This document shows, one piece after another, positions 35,937 through 50,300 of a DNA stretch of 64,000 bases. Each line of letters starts with the position of its first letter. Position 1 is the stretch's first letter. The position numbers and the translations under genes were made by a program. The notes under the pieces are model-generated. The model did not search any database, was not told the DNA's origin, and saw nothing but the letters and a program-made list of their open reading frames with translations. The DNA comes from Chiloscyllium plagiosum. Its lineage: Eukaryota. The stretch spans positions 40,068,441 to 40,132,440 of the forward strand of contig NC_057733.1 of assembly GCF_004010195.1 (NCBI RefSeq). Reading direction: 5' to 3'.

Positions 35937-36675
35937 GTTTGGGAGAAGGGTGGTGATGAGCCAACCATTAATCCCAACCCTAAGTTTCAGGTTGATGGCC
36001 TTTCATTGGAATGGTTATGGTGAATGGTTAACAACTTCCAACAAATTCCTGCATCTTTTGTTTTTATTTCATTCGCTCTTGTTATTTATCTTAAACACAG
36101 TATTTCTAATCCATAGTTTCTATCTTATTCCCAAAGCTCCCTCTTCCTTCCTCGTTAATTTGCCAGGGGTATTCCTTTCAGAGCTGAAATAAAGCAATGG
36201 GTCTCTTCAATGGCATCACATCCACCATGGCCGTTGGTGAGTTTTCTGGAATGATCACCTGCTTTTCAGCTCAGTCCATCTGGAAGTGAGTGTGTTGCTT
36301 GTATTGCTTGATCCTTTCTTGGTTAAACATTCTGGTGGTGCATTTCAAGGCCACCCAGGCACTCCATCTCTTGCTACACACTACGAGCTCCACACCAGAC
36401 ACTGCTCATTGCCTCTAACAAATCTCCCAACCTCTTTACTCAGCTCCACCCACAACCCTCTCCCTGGAGATGTCAGCAAAGCACAAAGCTGCTTTTCCCC
36501 CCATATACTTACACACTATTTCCATTTAAATCATCATCCAATGATGACATGTTTTTGTCTGGAAGGTGAAGGTCATGCTTTGGTAGTTGTTCAGATGAAC
36601 ATAAGTCCTTCCCTGTTTTAAAATACTTTAGGTTTAAGCTCTCTTGGATTTGCTGTTGTTTCCCACAAAGAGAGA

Positions 36676-36720
36676 TTGTGTATGTGTGCGTGAAAGAGAG
36701 AGAGAGAGAGAGAGAAGAGA
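36676..36720 (+). repeat. (TG)n/(GA)n microsatellite
   Basis: Seen directly. Confidence 0.9.
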
Positions 36721-37019
36721 TGGATGCTTTCTATTTGCAGGCTCTGGAAGTTTTACTCAGTTGCTCTGGCACTTACAGCTTTTAACACTCAGCAGCTCAA
36801 CCAATCAGAGGACTGTTGTCAGGCAGAAGTTCGTTAACATGAAAGCTTCTAGGTGCTTCTCAGTCATGCATTCTCCCTCTTGCTGTTTCAAATAGCAATA
36901 TTGTATCATGCAATTCACTCAATACACAGCTTTTTTTTAGCTTTGAAAACTCTCCTGATGTTTCAATTAAAACACCTTGTATTTCTGTTTATAGATATTT
37001 TTAAAAAGTGGCTTTTTAC

Positions 37020-37160
37020 AATGTAGGTAGATTCTTGCTTGGCAAGGAAATTAAAGGTTATCAGGGTAGACGAGAATGTGGAATTTAAGACACAGCCATG
37101 ATCTTATTGATCAGTGGAGCAGACTCCAAGGGACATGTAGCCCACTCCTGTTCCTAATTT
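37020..37160 (+). mobile_element. CR1 3' tail fragment
   Basis: gtagattcttg..aaggaaattaaaggttatc..cagccatgatcttattga..cccactcctgttcc. Confidence 0.75.
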
Positions 37161-39649
37161 TTAAAATTTTTTTGGTGGATAGAGTTACAATTGGAGGTTT
37201 CACGTTGAATATTTCCTCAGCTTTAGCATCATGCACTTCCCTCAGCAGACCTGAGATCCACCATTGACTGGAATGTGAAATCACCTAACCACTTTTAATA
37301 TAATGGTAATTAAACTAGAAAGAAGTAAGACTCAAAACACTGGTCACTGTACTTCTGCTTGCTGAAGAGTTCCAATTTTGAAAGAGGGTGGGTCCAATTG
37401 CTACAGTATAGTATGAAAAAAATAATTATGGAATCAGACAGCAAACAAAAATGATATTCAGCACATAGTATTTTCGTGCAGTCGAAGCATGTCCAATTAG
37501 TCTAACTTGTTGCCCCATTACCATCAAATATTTCCTTTATACATAGATATCCAATATTTTCTTTTTGAAAGTCACCATTGAATCTGCTTCCACCAACCTT
37601 TCAAGCAATGCATATGGAAGTAATTTTTTTTTAATTGTATCTTTCACTAACTCTTTGCAGGTGTTTGTCTTTCTTCAGCGTGTCTTACAAAAATATTGGT
37701 TGCAAAATGTTCTTTCACTTAAAGTAATATTATTATACTGCTTTAGATTCCCAACAACAGCGGTGGACATTGTCATAAACAGTGGTACTTCCTCATGGCC
37801 CAGTTGATACTGATTGCCATCCAGACTGGCAGCAGTTTCAATCAATAGCTGGCTTAGATGGATCTAAATATTTTGACTGTTGATATCAGAGTTACATTTT
37901 CAGTTCTGTTAAAAACTTACAGAATTGGAATTAACAATATTTCAGTCACTACGACTTGAACCAGCAGACCTGTAACCAATTATATGTAAATGTGCTGGCT
38001 AATATTTCCTAAAAAATGGACAGATCAGAGCACAAGCATGCACAGAGCAAAGGGGTAAAAATGTAAAGAGTAAAGATCGCAGGAGCAACATTCATTTTAT
38101 GCAGGATTTTCTTGCTTTTTTTAAAAGAAAATTGCAAGATAAATATTGCGAAAAGTGGGCCAAAGCTGTTTTTATTATGAACTCTGCTGACCCAGGATCA
38201 GACTTGATTTAGCAATAATTTATTATCAATGTGCAAAGAGAAAAATAGATGCCACTGTCCAGTTTAGAATTGTTCAAGCTAACTTTTCTGTCAATGTGCA
38301 TGTTTATTTGAACAAAATCCTTTGTTCGGAGTGTTGACTTATGTTGTGATTACCATTATTTGAAACTGATGAAAATCTCACTTTTCATAAAATAACTCCA
38401 ATTTACTTTTATTGGCATCTTGATTGGATGCAAATCTGCAAAGGATGGAATAATTGAGAGAAGTAACACTGTCAAAGTGAATGAAGCTAATTATTTGCAT
38501 GGGCAATAAATGATCTTAAAGAAACAGCAGCCAGATTACCACTGTAATTCTCTCAACAATTTAAACACAATTTAGTCATTTGTAGTCTTAAAAAGAAGAA
38601 ACACATAGTTGTATATCATCTTATCAAGTCCTAAGGATTTTCCAGAGGAGTTAAACATTTAAATTAATTCAAATATTTTTAGAATTTCTTCAGATTCAAA
38701 AGTGTTCCTGCTGAGCCAGCCATGACCCTGCTACCCTTTGCTCTCTTCTCTTCTCTTTCCCTTTCCTCCTCACCTCCTGGAGTTTCCGTTTTCTTTTTAA
38801 TGATGTCTTCTGACCTGGGTCCTCAGAAAATTACCTGCGACCTGATCTTGAACCTGCTGCCAGCCTCATTCCACACTAGTAGCTTCCAAATCGAATTAAA
38901 CTGAGACCTGACCTTGAGAATGGCTTGGGCCAATTGTTGGTGACATTGAGTGGGTGGTACAATGGCAGAGATTAGCCCTCGTGTTCAAATATGTATGTGA
39001 ACCTTCAACTTCTTTGCATCAGTGTTAACATTGTAATGTGAAAAGCATCAAAAACAAAATAAGCTTGTTGCCTCTTTGAAAATGTTTTTGCTCTACTCTC
39101 CCACTGGTGCTCCAGCACAACAAGCATGTTCATTTCCAAGCATCACTAGCTTTTCACTTTGGAAGCAAATGAAAGGGCCAAGACATATCTTTCAGCCCAC
39201 TCAATCTATCACTGTAGATCAGTAAAGATACAGAGCAGACTCTCAGACACTCTGTAAATTGGATAATGGATGGGGAAATCCTTATATCGATTAATCTTTC
39301 AACAGCACCTGGAACTAAACAGGCTAACTTCAATATATTTCTGTCCATTTTGTAATATAATCAATTGATTTGAGGAATATGTTGTTAAGCTGTTCTGTGA
39401 CAATATTACACCTTCTGTTCATACCTCACCTGAATACGGAATCCTAAAATGTAGCCTGTGGCCCATTGTGGTTGTTCTGGTTCTTTAAGAGAAATACCAA
39501 GTTAGTTCCAGTCCTCTTCTTGCCCTAGCATCCATTCTTTTCCTTTTAATACAATGGGTTTCAAAGCAATGTGGTCTTTGTAAATGAAAAAAGAAAGGAC
39601 ACAATTCTCACCCAAAATGTACTATCACATTTAACTAACAAAAAAAACC

Positions 39650-39852
39650 TGAAGAAACTCAGCAGACTTGCAGGGATCTGTGCAGAGAGAAACAGAGTTA
39701 ATGTTTCAAGTCCAGCTTCAAAGAGGAGTCATCATGGATTTGAACCGTTAACTTGTTTCTCCCTCCACAGATCCTGCCAAACCTGCTGAGTTTCTACAGC
39801 GATTATTGTTTTTTTTATTTCAGATATCCAGCATCCGCAGTATTTTGTTTTT
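39650..39852. mobile_element. Fold-back PLE-derived element
   Basis: agaaactcagcag..gatctgtg.agagagaaacagagttaa / ttaacttgtttctccctccacagatc..ctgctgagtttct arms around a hammerhead remnant. Confidence 0.85.
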
Positions 39853-40491
39853 ATACCAGTGCGGTTTAACTTTGCTTTTTGAAATGCTTTCATTTACAAA
39901 CCTGCTTTGTGAAATCCTGAGGCCACCCGCTAGTTGGGTTTTTGCCTGCTGTGCTTTAAAATGTGGGCTTCGTTGTGAGAATCGACTAGTCAGGAGTTTT
40001 GGCAGCCACAGATTATGGCCTTCTGAACTATTCCACAGACATCTACAAATGGCCTATTCCTAATCTTCGCAGTGCTGTTAATGAATCGGAGTAGACAGTT
40101 GTGCAAGGCCAAAATTAAACACATTATGTATTAGTTGTATTTTTTAAAAATGCCATGCGGTGCACCTGTGTTTGTTCCTACAACTGGTCAGATTTTTGTA
40201 TTGAATTCAATAGATTTATTGAGCAATGTAGTTTGAAAGCCACATCTGACATTTGCTGATGGACATCTGGTCAAGTTCATGAAATCCAAGTGTGTGGGTG
40301 TTCTAGGTACTGAGTAATCAACCACTCCCACATTGCTGCCTGCTCATGAATGCAGCCTTCATTGCAGCTTCATTTCATCTTAAGATATACTTGTAAGCTT
40401 TTGGGAGATTCACAAGCCATCTTCAAGATTTGCTGGACATTTTCCATTCGCATAACATTAGACCCTGTTTCACTGACGGACAATGTTTTTA

Positions 40492-40845
40492 AAAATTAAT
40501 TCCCAGAATGTGGATGTCACTGGCTAGGCCAACATTTATTGTCCCTCTCTAATTTCCCGGTAGGCTGTTAAGAGTCAACCACATTGCTATGTGTTTGGAG
40601 TCACATATAGGTCTGACTATAAGGTTGGTAAATTTCCCTCCCTTAAAGGCATTAGTAAATCAAATTGTTTTTTGACAACAATTGACAGTAGGTGCATGTT
40701 CGTCATTGGTTTGCTATTTATTCCAGTTTATTTATCAAATTCAAATTTTATCATCTGCTATGGTAGGCTTCAAACCCATGTTTCCAAGACATTAACCTAG
40801 AGTTCTAGATTACTTGTCCAGTGACATTGTCACAGAATATTGCCT
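40492..40845 (-). mobile_element. SacSINE1/DeuSINE-like SINE
   Basis: tRNA-like head (minus GGGTTTGAAGCC), Deu-like core ttaagagtcaaccacattgct..tggagtcacatatagg and a CR1-like tail. Confidence 0.75.
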
Positions 40846-43800
40846 GGCCTTAATTTTAAACTGACAGGCACATATGATGATGAAGAAAATGGGATACTGT
40901 AGCTCTAATGATTGGGCATTAGACAAAAATTAGATGGGCCCAAGGAAAGGAAGTAGAAACACAATGAAGAACCAGGTACATAAGAAATGAAGCCATGTAC
41001 TTTTAAAACAGATTTCAAGTGGAATGCATGAAGCAAATTAAATGCAATCAGAAAGTGTGACACATTGTCTGGGGAAACAGGAAAAATCTGAGTGACAATA
41101 GGATTGACAGAAATAACAGTTTCCACATTTATTCTGTTATGGTCTATGGAGATGTACAGGACCTGGGTTCTCATTCACAGTTTTCAGCTGTATCTGTGGT
41201 ATAAAAGCAATTGTTGAAACAGAACATCAAATTACTTCTGTTTGTATATATACAGTTTCACTGGTATATATATGGCCTCTGAAATGTTCATGTTTATGAG
41301 AATTCAAGTTGCTCTTAAGTAGGTTTTAGGTTCTGAAATCAAGTTAGCCCCTGCTTGTTGTAGCGGGCAATAATTATTACAGCATAGTCCAAATAGAGAA
41401 ATGCCAAGACCTTTTACTGCAGTAGAAATTTTAGATATATCCTTAGTCACAGTTCAGAGCTTATCTTTATTTGCAGTATTGATAAGCAGACAGATAAGAA
41501 AGCTGCTATATGATATTAAATGTTTCTTTTTTCTCAAGAATTGTTAGCAGGAGTTTTGTCGTTGGATGTGGTGGGAGCTTGACGGCTCTCAGTGAACTAC
41601 CAAGATTGAGATTTAGCAGATACTTTTATTCAGTAAGAAAGGAATTTTGTGGTTGATTGTTATCAGCATAACTGAGCTGTTTAATGGTTTACAGGACAAA
41701 GTGATAGATTTTATGGATTTAATTTCCTCCTCTAGTTGAGTAGGTGTTTTACACCAGGAGAGATTGTCCTTGGAATCTGTCTGATCATTTCAGTCAGCAT
41801 TTTTATGGCACAAGCAATGCATAACGAAATGTTCTTGTCTGAGCAGTACATCAAAGTGTAGCAATATACAGTGAAACTATTGCTGTGGTTCTCACAGTGC
41901 TGTCCAATTGAGTGCACAATCCTGTACCTAAACTGAACCATTTTTACAACATAGTCAGTGTAATTGTGTCCACTTTATAATGCCTCAAATCCCATGCAGA
42001 ACCTAGGAAAATAGCACCACAGCTGAGAAACAATGCCACAATCTAAACTTGCATTAATTCCATAACAACAGTTGGAGTTAACTACCACAACCGTTACCTC
42101 TAAAATTTATCATGTTCTTTTGGGTTACAAGACGGTGGACACGACTTTCAACGACGGGACAAATTCAGTAAATTATACAATCAAAATGAATTTAGTTTTA
42201 TTGAAATTCCATTCCAGCATTTTAAACAGCCATAAATCCATTCATTAGTCCACCGATTAAGCTTTACTGTGAAATTCACTGAACCCACGGTCCAAACAGG
42301 AAGCTCCATTTGTCGATAACGTAAGTTAGCAATAGAGTTGGATCACCGATGCAGATTATCTAACCTTCAGTCGACTTCACTCCATTTCAGGCTCCTGCTG
42401 GGAGAATGAGATCAATATTTTATTGTATGAGCTGTTTTTGGGCCCCTTGCCAATCCCTTTTCCTATCCACCTCTTTAGAGAAGCATTGCTTCCTCTGTAG
42501 TACATTCTGTCTTTCCATGACACACAGTCGGCTAGCGGCTATTCATGACTTCCAATGGCAGTATATTTTACGCTGACACCAATTTGTACAAGGTTACTAA
42601 TGGAATATACAACTAGTATCCAAATCATTAAAAAAATCTCAAAACGTTTAGTGGTATCTTTTCATGCAGCTCCAAGTTATTCTGTTTTATAAATATGAGT
42701 CTAAATTCATGTATTGCATTATAGAATGCAGATTTTTATCTTTTTCTCACAAATGTTTGGACAATCCAATCAATGAAACAAATATTCTTTTGGTTTTCGC
42801 ATTTGATTATGGAAAACGGTGAATGTAACCTTTGTACAACGTACTTTTGAGTCGCTTGGGAATGTGAGAAAGAAGTTGCAATATTGTAGTTTTTAGTTCC
42901 ATTTTGGAGACTTCAATACATTTGCAGCAGTCTAGCATGAAATCCATGTAATAATTGACTTATGATTCTGTCACACCGTGACAAAGAGAAAACTGTTCAT
43001 TCCATTAAACCATCCTCCATCATCTTACAATATGTATTCAGTGTTCATTCTCTAAGCTGTCTGCTGATTGTCGGTGTTCATGCAACAAGCCTCAAGGTAT
43101 TGGTTTGCTTATTCTGGCACAGATGGTGCACCACTTTATGCTCCAAATAAATGTTCATTGGGATAATTTTGTTCTTTTGGTATTTTGAGTACTGCTTTTT
43201 TACAGTGACATTTGGGACTACAGGCTGCTAGTGGTATACAAAGAGGAGCATATTACTGACATGTAATTGCAGCAGGGAGTCTATGATGAGCATGACATCT
43301 TAAATCAAATAAAGTTTTATTCTTATTGGATTTTCCTTTTTTTCTGTACATTATCACTGAGAATGTGTGGATCCCATTTCCTGCAACAAAATGCGTTGCT
43401 ATCTTGAAGCATAATACAAGATCATCTTTATAATGCTGAAAAAAAAGAATAAAGACTTGTGTTATGTACAAAAGGTCTCAGAGCTACTGGTCCCATAAGT
43501 AAGTAAAATGATGTCTTTTTCATGAAATATATACAGAAATGGAAGGCCCCTGCATTTTAAAATGTCTTTTCAATTTAATGAAACTTGTTCCAAAAATATC
43601 TTTTTCAGTACAATTCAAGTTTATACATTTGCATTTCTCCCCTGTACTATGTACTATGTGTCAGTCACAGTGATAGAACCATAATAACATTGACCAGAAG
43701 CATTGACCAGAAGTAACACAAACTACATACCCCAGCAAAAAGTTTTGTAATGGATGGCACTTAGAGAATACTTTTCACATGCTTGGGAGGGGTGATAATT

Positions 43801-45060
43801 CAGGGGTTCTGTAACTTTAAATTGCTAAAATGATGATGCTAGTTCGGGGTAATGATGGTTTAAAGCTGCAACGGAACCAAGTGGAATTGGAATCAGACTA
43901 GTATAAACAGTCTGATTTGAATCCCCTGGACAGTTTCTGTCCTGTCCAAAAAGCACAATGTATACTTTGGGCTTGTAATGGGATACTCTCTGTAACAGTG
44001 TTATAAATCCTGGACTGAGCCAGAGTGACTGAGAACTTGGTCAGGGCAAAGGTGAATGTAAGCGCTGTGAGGCTGCACTCAGATTTGATCAACTAAATGA
44101 AACCTGAAGACAGTTCCCTCATGTAATGGAGTCTGCTGCAGCATCAAGACAGATGTAGATGACTGTGATAATGCAGGCAAAGCTTCAGGTGGTGACTAAA
44201 AACCTTGAAATTATGGTGCATCTGAATTTAGACGGCCAGTTTCAGCCTCTTTATTTTTGTAGCTTTAATAAAAGGCATCATGTTCCAAATCCTCCTCGGA
44301 CTGGTGTGTTAGAGAGGGTGTAGTGGGAGAGGGAGAAGGGGAAGGAGGGCCACAAACAAATATATCTCCCAGTGTTGGTGCAAGATTTGACTCATGTCAG
44401 ACAACTGCCTTTGGAAGCTGACAGCAGTTTGATCTCTGCACATGCCACGAGAAACAGGTTTTATAAGGATTCAAAGCAAATCTGCTCTGCATCAGAAGTC
44501 AAGGATACTGTATAATAATATTGAAATAAATGTATTGTTATACTTCAGACAGATGGAAGAACCCTCATCTACCTCTGTCCTGAAGAAATACTACTGCAAT
44601 TCCTGAAACTCTAAATATTTAAATGCTGAAAACATTAAGTCTCTGTGATCAGCTGAATGTCTCATGCAAGATATTGAAGAAACAAATTGACAGCTTTGAT
44701 AAGACCTTGCAGCCAGTTTTCCATTTTGATATTTAGGCCCTTTGAGTGACATGGAAAGCTGTTGTTTCGTGGTCCTGCTGTGTCAAATAATTTCTGGAAT
44801 TGCTGAAACAAGGCCTTTGATGTCAGCTGAGATATATTACCATTGCATTTATTTACAAAGGCTCATTGGATTGGCCACTTTCAAATTGGACAGTGAAATA
44901 TTTAAACTTTGAAAAAGTCTTGTCTGTGCTGTAGTACTGTGAACGATCTGCAATTGCAGCAAACACTGTTTTAAACCATGCCAGGCCCTTGCTGAAATGA
45001 CCTGAATGGCGTCCAAGTAAAATTAAGTCTTGAGTAGAGTTGTATTTGCCTATATGGCAG

Positions 45061-45212
45061 GAGCAACTTGCATTTATGTAACAACCTTATGGTGGTAAAA
45101 TATCCCGAGGTGCTTCACAGGTGGGTTATTAGGATCGCTGATCAAAACCTTTAAAATAAAATTAAATAAGGGAAGGTTTTAAGGAGCGTATTGAAGGAGG
45201 AAGGAGTGGCAA
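45061..45212 (-). mobile_element. LINE2 3' tail
   Basis: caacttgcatttatgtaacaacctt..aaaatatcccgaggtgcttcacagg, a typical L2 3' end in reverse. Confidence 0.7.
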
Positions 45213-46544
45213 TTGATAAGCTCAGTGTAAATATTTAAAAAAGCACAGTTTAAGTGCAGTACTTAGAGCCACGATATCTGTATGAATTATATATAGACAA
45301 CGAGGAAATCAATTTGTGAACACATGCCAGTCAAGCTTAAAATCTGAAATAATTTGAATAAATAAACTTGACATAAAATAATGTAGCTCTGCAATCTGGC
45401 AAAAGTGTCAAATCAAAGCAAACAAGTTAAATAATGAATGAACTATGATTGGCATCATGCAGTGAAGACCTTTGTCCACTTACAGTCTTGTCTGTGATGT
45501 GTTGTATTTGTAACACCGAAGTCTTTTTATACATTAGACATAATATTTTGATGTTGAGAAAAAAATCTGATTTTCCCATGAAGATTAAATCATGAGTTCA
45601 GAATCTTGCTGATGAGCAATGACTTCATTATTTCCATATATTTGCATATCATTAATAGTCCAAATTATATAATTTCTACGCAGCTTCCAATTCTTCTCTT
45701 GTTCGCTAAGAAAGTAGATGTACTCAGTTCTCAACCTGAAAGTCAGAGAGGGTGGCCTACAAGAGCTGCTCAGTATTTGCCTCTCCAGGTCTTAATCCAA
45801 CTCTCTATTTACTGATGTTTGTCTGCATGCTGCATGGACACCGTCCTCCTCCAACCTTCATCCTTGCAGATTGGCATTGCCAAATCATGTGCCTGCCCTC
45901 GGAGAAAAACTCAGATACCACTTCAGCCCTTCAGGATTTCAATTTGGAACACAAGGACAACTTTGTCTTGCATACAATTACCAATCTGTTTTGCTTGCAC
46001 AGAGACACACGTCTCATGCTGGCACACTGGCTGTGGCTCATAGTTTCATTTCTTAGGGCACACTTTCCTTTGTGCTTACTTGGACATAGTCAGCCTCGAT
46101 GGCTTGTACTGCTCTTCAGAGCTGGGGGAGAGGCAGACAGCTTGTTAAGGTCTGGTGCGCTGAACTGGCAAGGGAGTAGACATGTTGGTGCATATGGCAT
46201 CTGGCAATGTCAGTGTCATACCCACAGCCTGTATCAGCAGCTAATGTGGCCAACACATGGCACGTGTTTCCACTGAATGACCACATTGGAAAGTGAAAAG
46301 GGACCACTTCTTAGTGTGGTAAAGATAGACAGTGGTCTCTCAGGAGGAGAGCACTTTTGCCTCTCCTGTCACTCAGTTACATGAGATGGCTGCTGTGGAG
46401 GCTGTTTGAATACTTTGAGACAAAAGCCAGATGTTTGCATGAGGAAAGTTACCATGGGGATGGGGAGTCATGAATCTCACTGAGGAAAGAAACACCGCCA
46501 AAAAATGGAAAAATGCTGGCCCTTTCATTCCCATTTCTCCACAT

Positions 46545-46838
46545 CGTAGAATCCTTACAGTGCAGAATGAGGCCATTCAACCCATCACATCTGCACTGAC
46601 CCTCCAAACAGCATCCCACCCAGACCCAGCCCCCTACCCTATAATCCACTAGGCCTACACATCCCTAGACATTATGGGGTAATTTAGCATGGCCAATCTA
46701 CCTAATCTGTGCATCTTTGAACTATGGTAGGAAACCAGAACACCTGCTGGAAACTTATGCAGATACAATGAGAACGTGCAAATTCCATAGTCACCCAAGG
46801 CCTAAACTAAACCCAGATCCCTGACATTGTGAAGCTGA
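46545..46838 (-). mobile_element. HE1/V-SINE-like SINE
   Basis: aatttagcatggccaatctacctaatctgtgcatctttg..gaacgtgcaaattcca. Confidence 0.85.
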
Positions 46839-47009
46839 CCTACAATGGTATAACTCATGACAAGCAGAGTAGAAGTTCACCTTATTGGTAGAAAAAAAAA
46901 TGCCCTTGAACATTGGTATTCTCGTATCTTCTTATCTGTGATATTATTGTAGTTTCAACATATTTTATGCACATTTGGAATGAAGACCTCAAATTGGATC
47001 CTTCTTAAG

Positions 47010-47315
47010 ACTGATAAAAGTATTAGAATCATAACTAGAGTTACTCACGATGGATTATTAATTCAAGTCTCACCATAGTAGTTTGAGAATTTAATTCTAA
47101 CTTTTTAAAAGATCCAATAAATGTCATTATGAATCTGTCAAGTGTCTGTAAAACACCAGCTGACTTAAAAAAGAATTGCTTTTCTATCTCTGATTGGCCA
47201 ATATATTACCTCGGTCCCATACCTTAGGACTCTAGCACATCAAGCAAAGGTCCACCAACAGTAATTTTCAGGAAATTAATCAATGCCCACATATTGGGGA
47301 TGGATAAAAATAAAA
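47010..47315 (+). mobile_element. Highly decayed SacSINE1/DeuSINE-like copy
   Basis: ttcaagtctcaccatagtagtt.gagaattt..tgtaaaacacca.ctg..aatgcccacat, the inverse of 40492-40845. Confidence 0.5.
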
Positions 47316-50300
47316 TCTTCCCATGAATCTCACTGCTTGATCTGTGTCATAACTTTAGTGAAAGTGAAACTTATTCTCAGCTTTTGGAAATAGCTGGCAA
47401 AATTTGAGTTCCTAACAAGCCCAAGTATCAGCCAATGCAACCTTTTTGTGGTTTCTATGGAGAATCCCTCTTCTGTGTGATGTTAGCTTCCAAACATGAG
47501 CAACAATCACTCAGCAAACTTCTCAGGCCGACTGGCATTGCTGTCACCTTCTGTGTGTTTCTCTAAACAGGTTTCTGTCTGTATAAAGACATTTCTAGCT
47601 TGCAAGGCAAAAGAAAATAAACTGACACTCCCTTGTTAAAAGCGCGAGGGTGTTCATCTCTCATCTCAGGGAGCGATGTAAATTCTTCAGCACTCACATG
47701 TGTGTTAATAGGGACCAGCTGGTTAGTCTAGAGGATATGAAATTACTCAATGCCTTGTAAAGAGAGCTAGTGACAAATGTTTTGTCTTAATGCTTCAGAG
47801 ATACCTGCAACAGCGAAAGAAGTAGAGTCTTTGGAACTGCACCAAACAGGGAGTTTCTCTTTTGTACCCCTCCCCCTGAAAAAATACATTACAACATGGG
47901 ATCGTTTTTCCAAATGTTTCCAACTCCTTTTCTTTTTACATCTGGTTGTCTTTAAAGTAAGTGTTTCATGGGGAAATCCAAAGAATATCAGATATGGCTT
48001 GCGGTATAGATGCTGGTAGGAATTTTTAGTAGCTGCTGTGGGGCCTAGCTTTGGTCGTCTGTGCCTAAGATGAATTGCACTGTCAATGGATGAATGTATA
48101 ACTCCAAATTGGTACAATAAAAGCACGCCCTGCTAAAATAAAACTTGGTAGCACTCTTCTCAGAAAACCTCCGTGGTAATTATGACTGCATGCCAACTCA
48201 GTGCAGTACAAGAGATTAATCTTTATGCAGTCACCTTTCTGTTTGAGAATTACACAGTTCTTTAATGCTGAATTGCTGTGGTGTGTTGTTGTCAATTCCT
48301 TCTTGTTTCTCTTATCATCACGTGTCAATGTCACTGTGGTTTTTCACAACTGTGGTTGAATAAAACTGATAGCTTCTAATCACTTACCTAAAAAGAAATC
48401 AAATTCCAAGCACTTCACATCTCATCACTGCCAAACCTACATACATATGATTAAAAACATGGTACAACCCTTATTGAAAATTAGGCACTAGTTTCTGCAT
48501 TACCTGGAGCTTCATTCACCCTTGACTACAGCTGTTAACAATGAATGGGTGATAGTGCCTCCAGTTAGGTCACATTGCCAAGCATAACATTAGGTCATTG
48601 TGATTTTTGATGTGCTATAGATAGACTGCAACTAAATAATTAATCATGATCTTACCTATTTGTGAAAATTATGTGAGAACATAAGGTAGCAATTCTAACA
48701 TAAGTAAGGCAGCAACTTATAACCATTCCTTATTTGACTTGAGCAAAATCTAAATCTTGCTTGATTATTTTTATGCACTTCTTCCATGTTAAAGGTTATT
48801 AAAATAACCCCTTTAGATGATTATGAGATTCCCAGTTCAGCAATTATATTGATCAACTGCATTGAATTATTATTGTTTATGATGACCCCCTATCAGTAAT
48901 GAAGTCTACAAAGGCTCATTAATGTCAGCAAAGCACTTAACTGAAAAACTTGCTTTTCTCAATATAGAAGCAAAGTGTCATTTAGTGGTAATAATTTTAT
49001 TTCAGTTAGATACTGTAAAGAGTTTTGAATTTCATATTTGACTGCCTCAGGTCTCAGTGAAGATATAAAGTAGTTACTTCTGTTGATAATCAGGCATAAC
49101 TTACACGAAAAGTCTATATTGACAACATCAAGGCATATTGAAAATGATACAAACATTAGGTGTTTTACAGAGAATCAGTAAAATTTCAAGTTCATCATGA
49201 AAATCATTCCTATTCCCTATTCCTTTAATCCTTCCTCTGCTCAACCAATTAACTCTTTTTTAAAAAAAAGTTCATGACCACTGCCTCAATAACCACCATT
49301 GGTGTAAAATTACTTATGTGCTCGATTTTTATTCACGTACATTAATTGGGAAGGTGGCCTTCACTTTGTCAATTATAAATAGGTCGCTTATTGTGTGATA
49401 ATGTTTTACCTGTACACAGGGCTCACAGTCCACTCAGAATCATGTAATGCAATGGAATGGAAATGTGTTAATTAGATTTATATCACAACTGTGCAACATT
49501 GTTCAAAATTATTGTTTTTGCCAATTCTATTCACATTGTTAAAGTACAGACTAATAAAACAAACCTTTGGACAGACATAAAGTGGCTTTTTTTGCAATCT
49601 CCGTGTAATCAATGTATATCACAGATGCTAAATGTATTCACAGCATATTTTAAAGCTTTTAGATGTTTGCCATTTTGAGTTTTTTAATATAAAATTACCT
49701 TTTCATACTTTTTTAAAATCATTGATGTGCTTTGGCCTTAAAAGAAACTGATATGTTGTCCTGAAAGATAACATTTGTTTTTTTTTTCTTTCCTCTTTCT
49801 TGGGTAGGTATACTTAAGAACTGCCAAAGGAAAGTTTTAAATTGGACCCTCAATGAGTTTGAATCTCATTGCAGGGAAGAAGTGCATTGTGTACTATTGG
49901 TTCTCACATCAAAGCGGTACCGGGTACGGTATGTACTGTCATATTCAGCCATGTTTTACTGTCAGATATTTCCTGTTTCAAACTCTCACCACTGCAGTTA
50001 AATACCAAAACTGCTTTTGGAAAAATAAACATTTATAGACTCTAAGACAACAGCTTCTTTGTGGTTGTGCCAATTAATTCCAATAAATCTATTCTCAATG
50101 GCAGATGGCAATAATAAAATCATTCTGTTGCTAAACATTAACAACGAACCTTTCTGACTACAAGGGCGGACTCAAGGGTTGACGCTACTTAAATGTCATT
50201 TTCTGACACCTGAAAATATTGATCTCAGAAATTATCATGGTTATAAATTAATTTTATCCATCGGATGATCTTTTAACTGCTTGTGTCGTAACATCTACCC

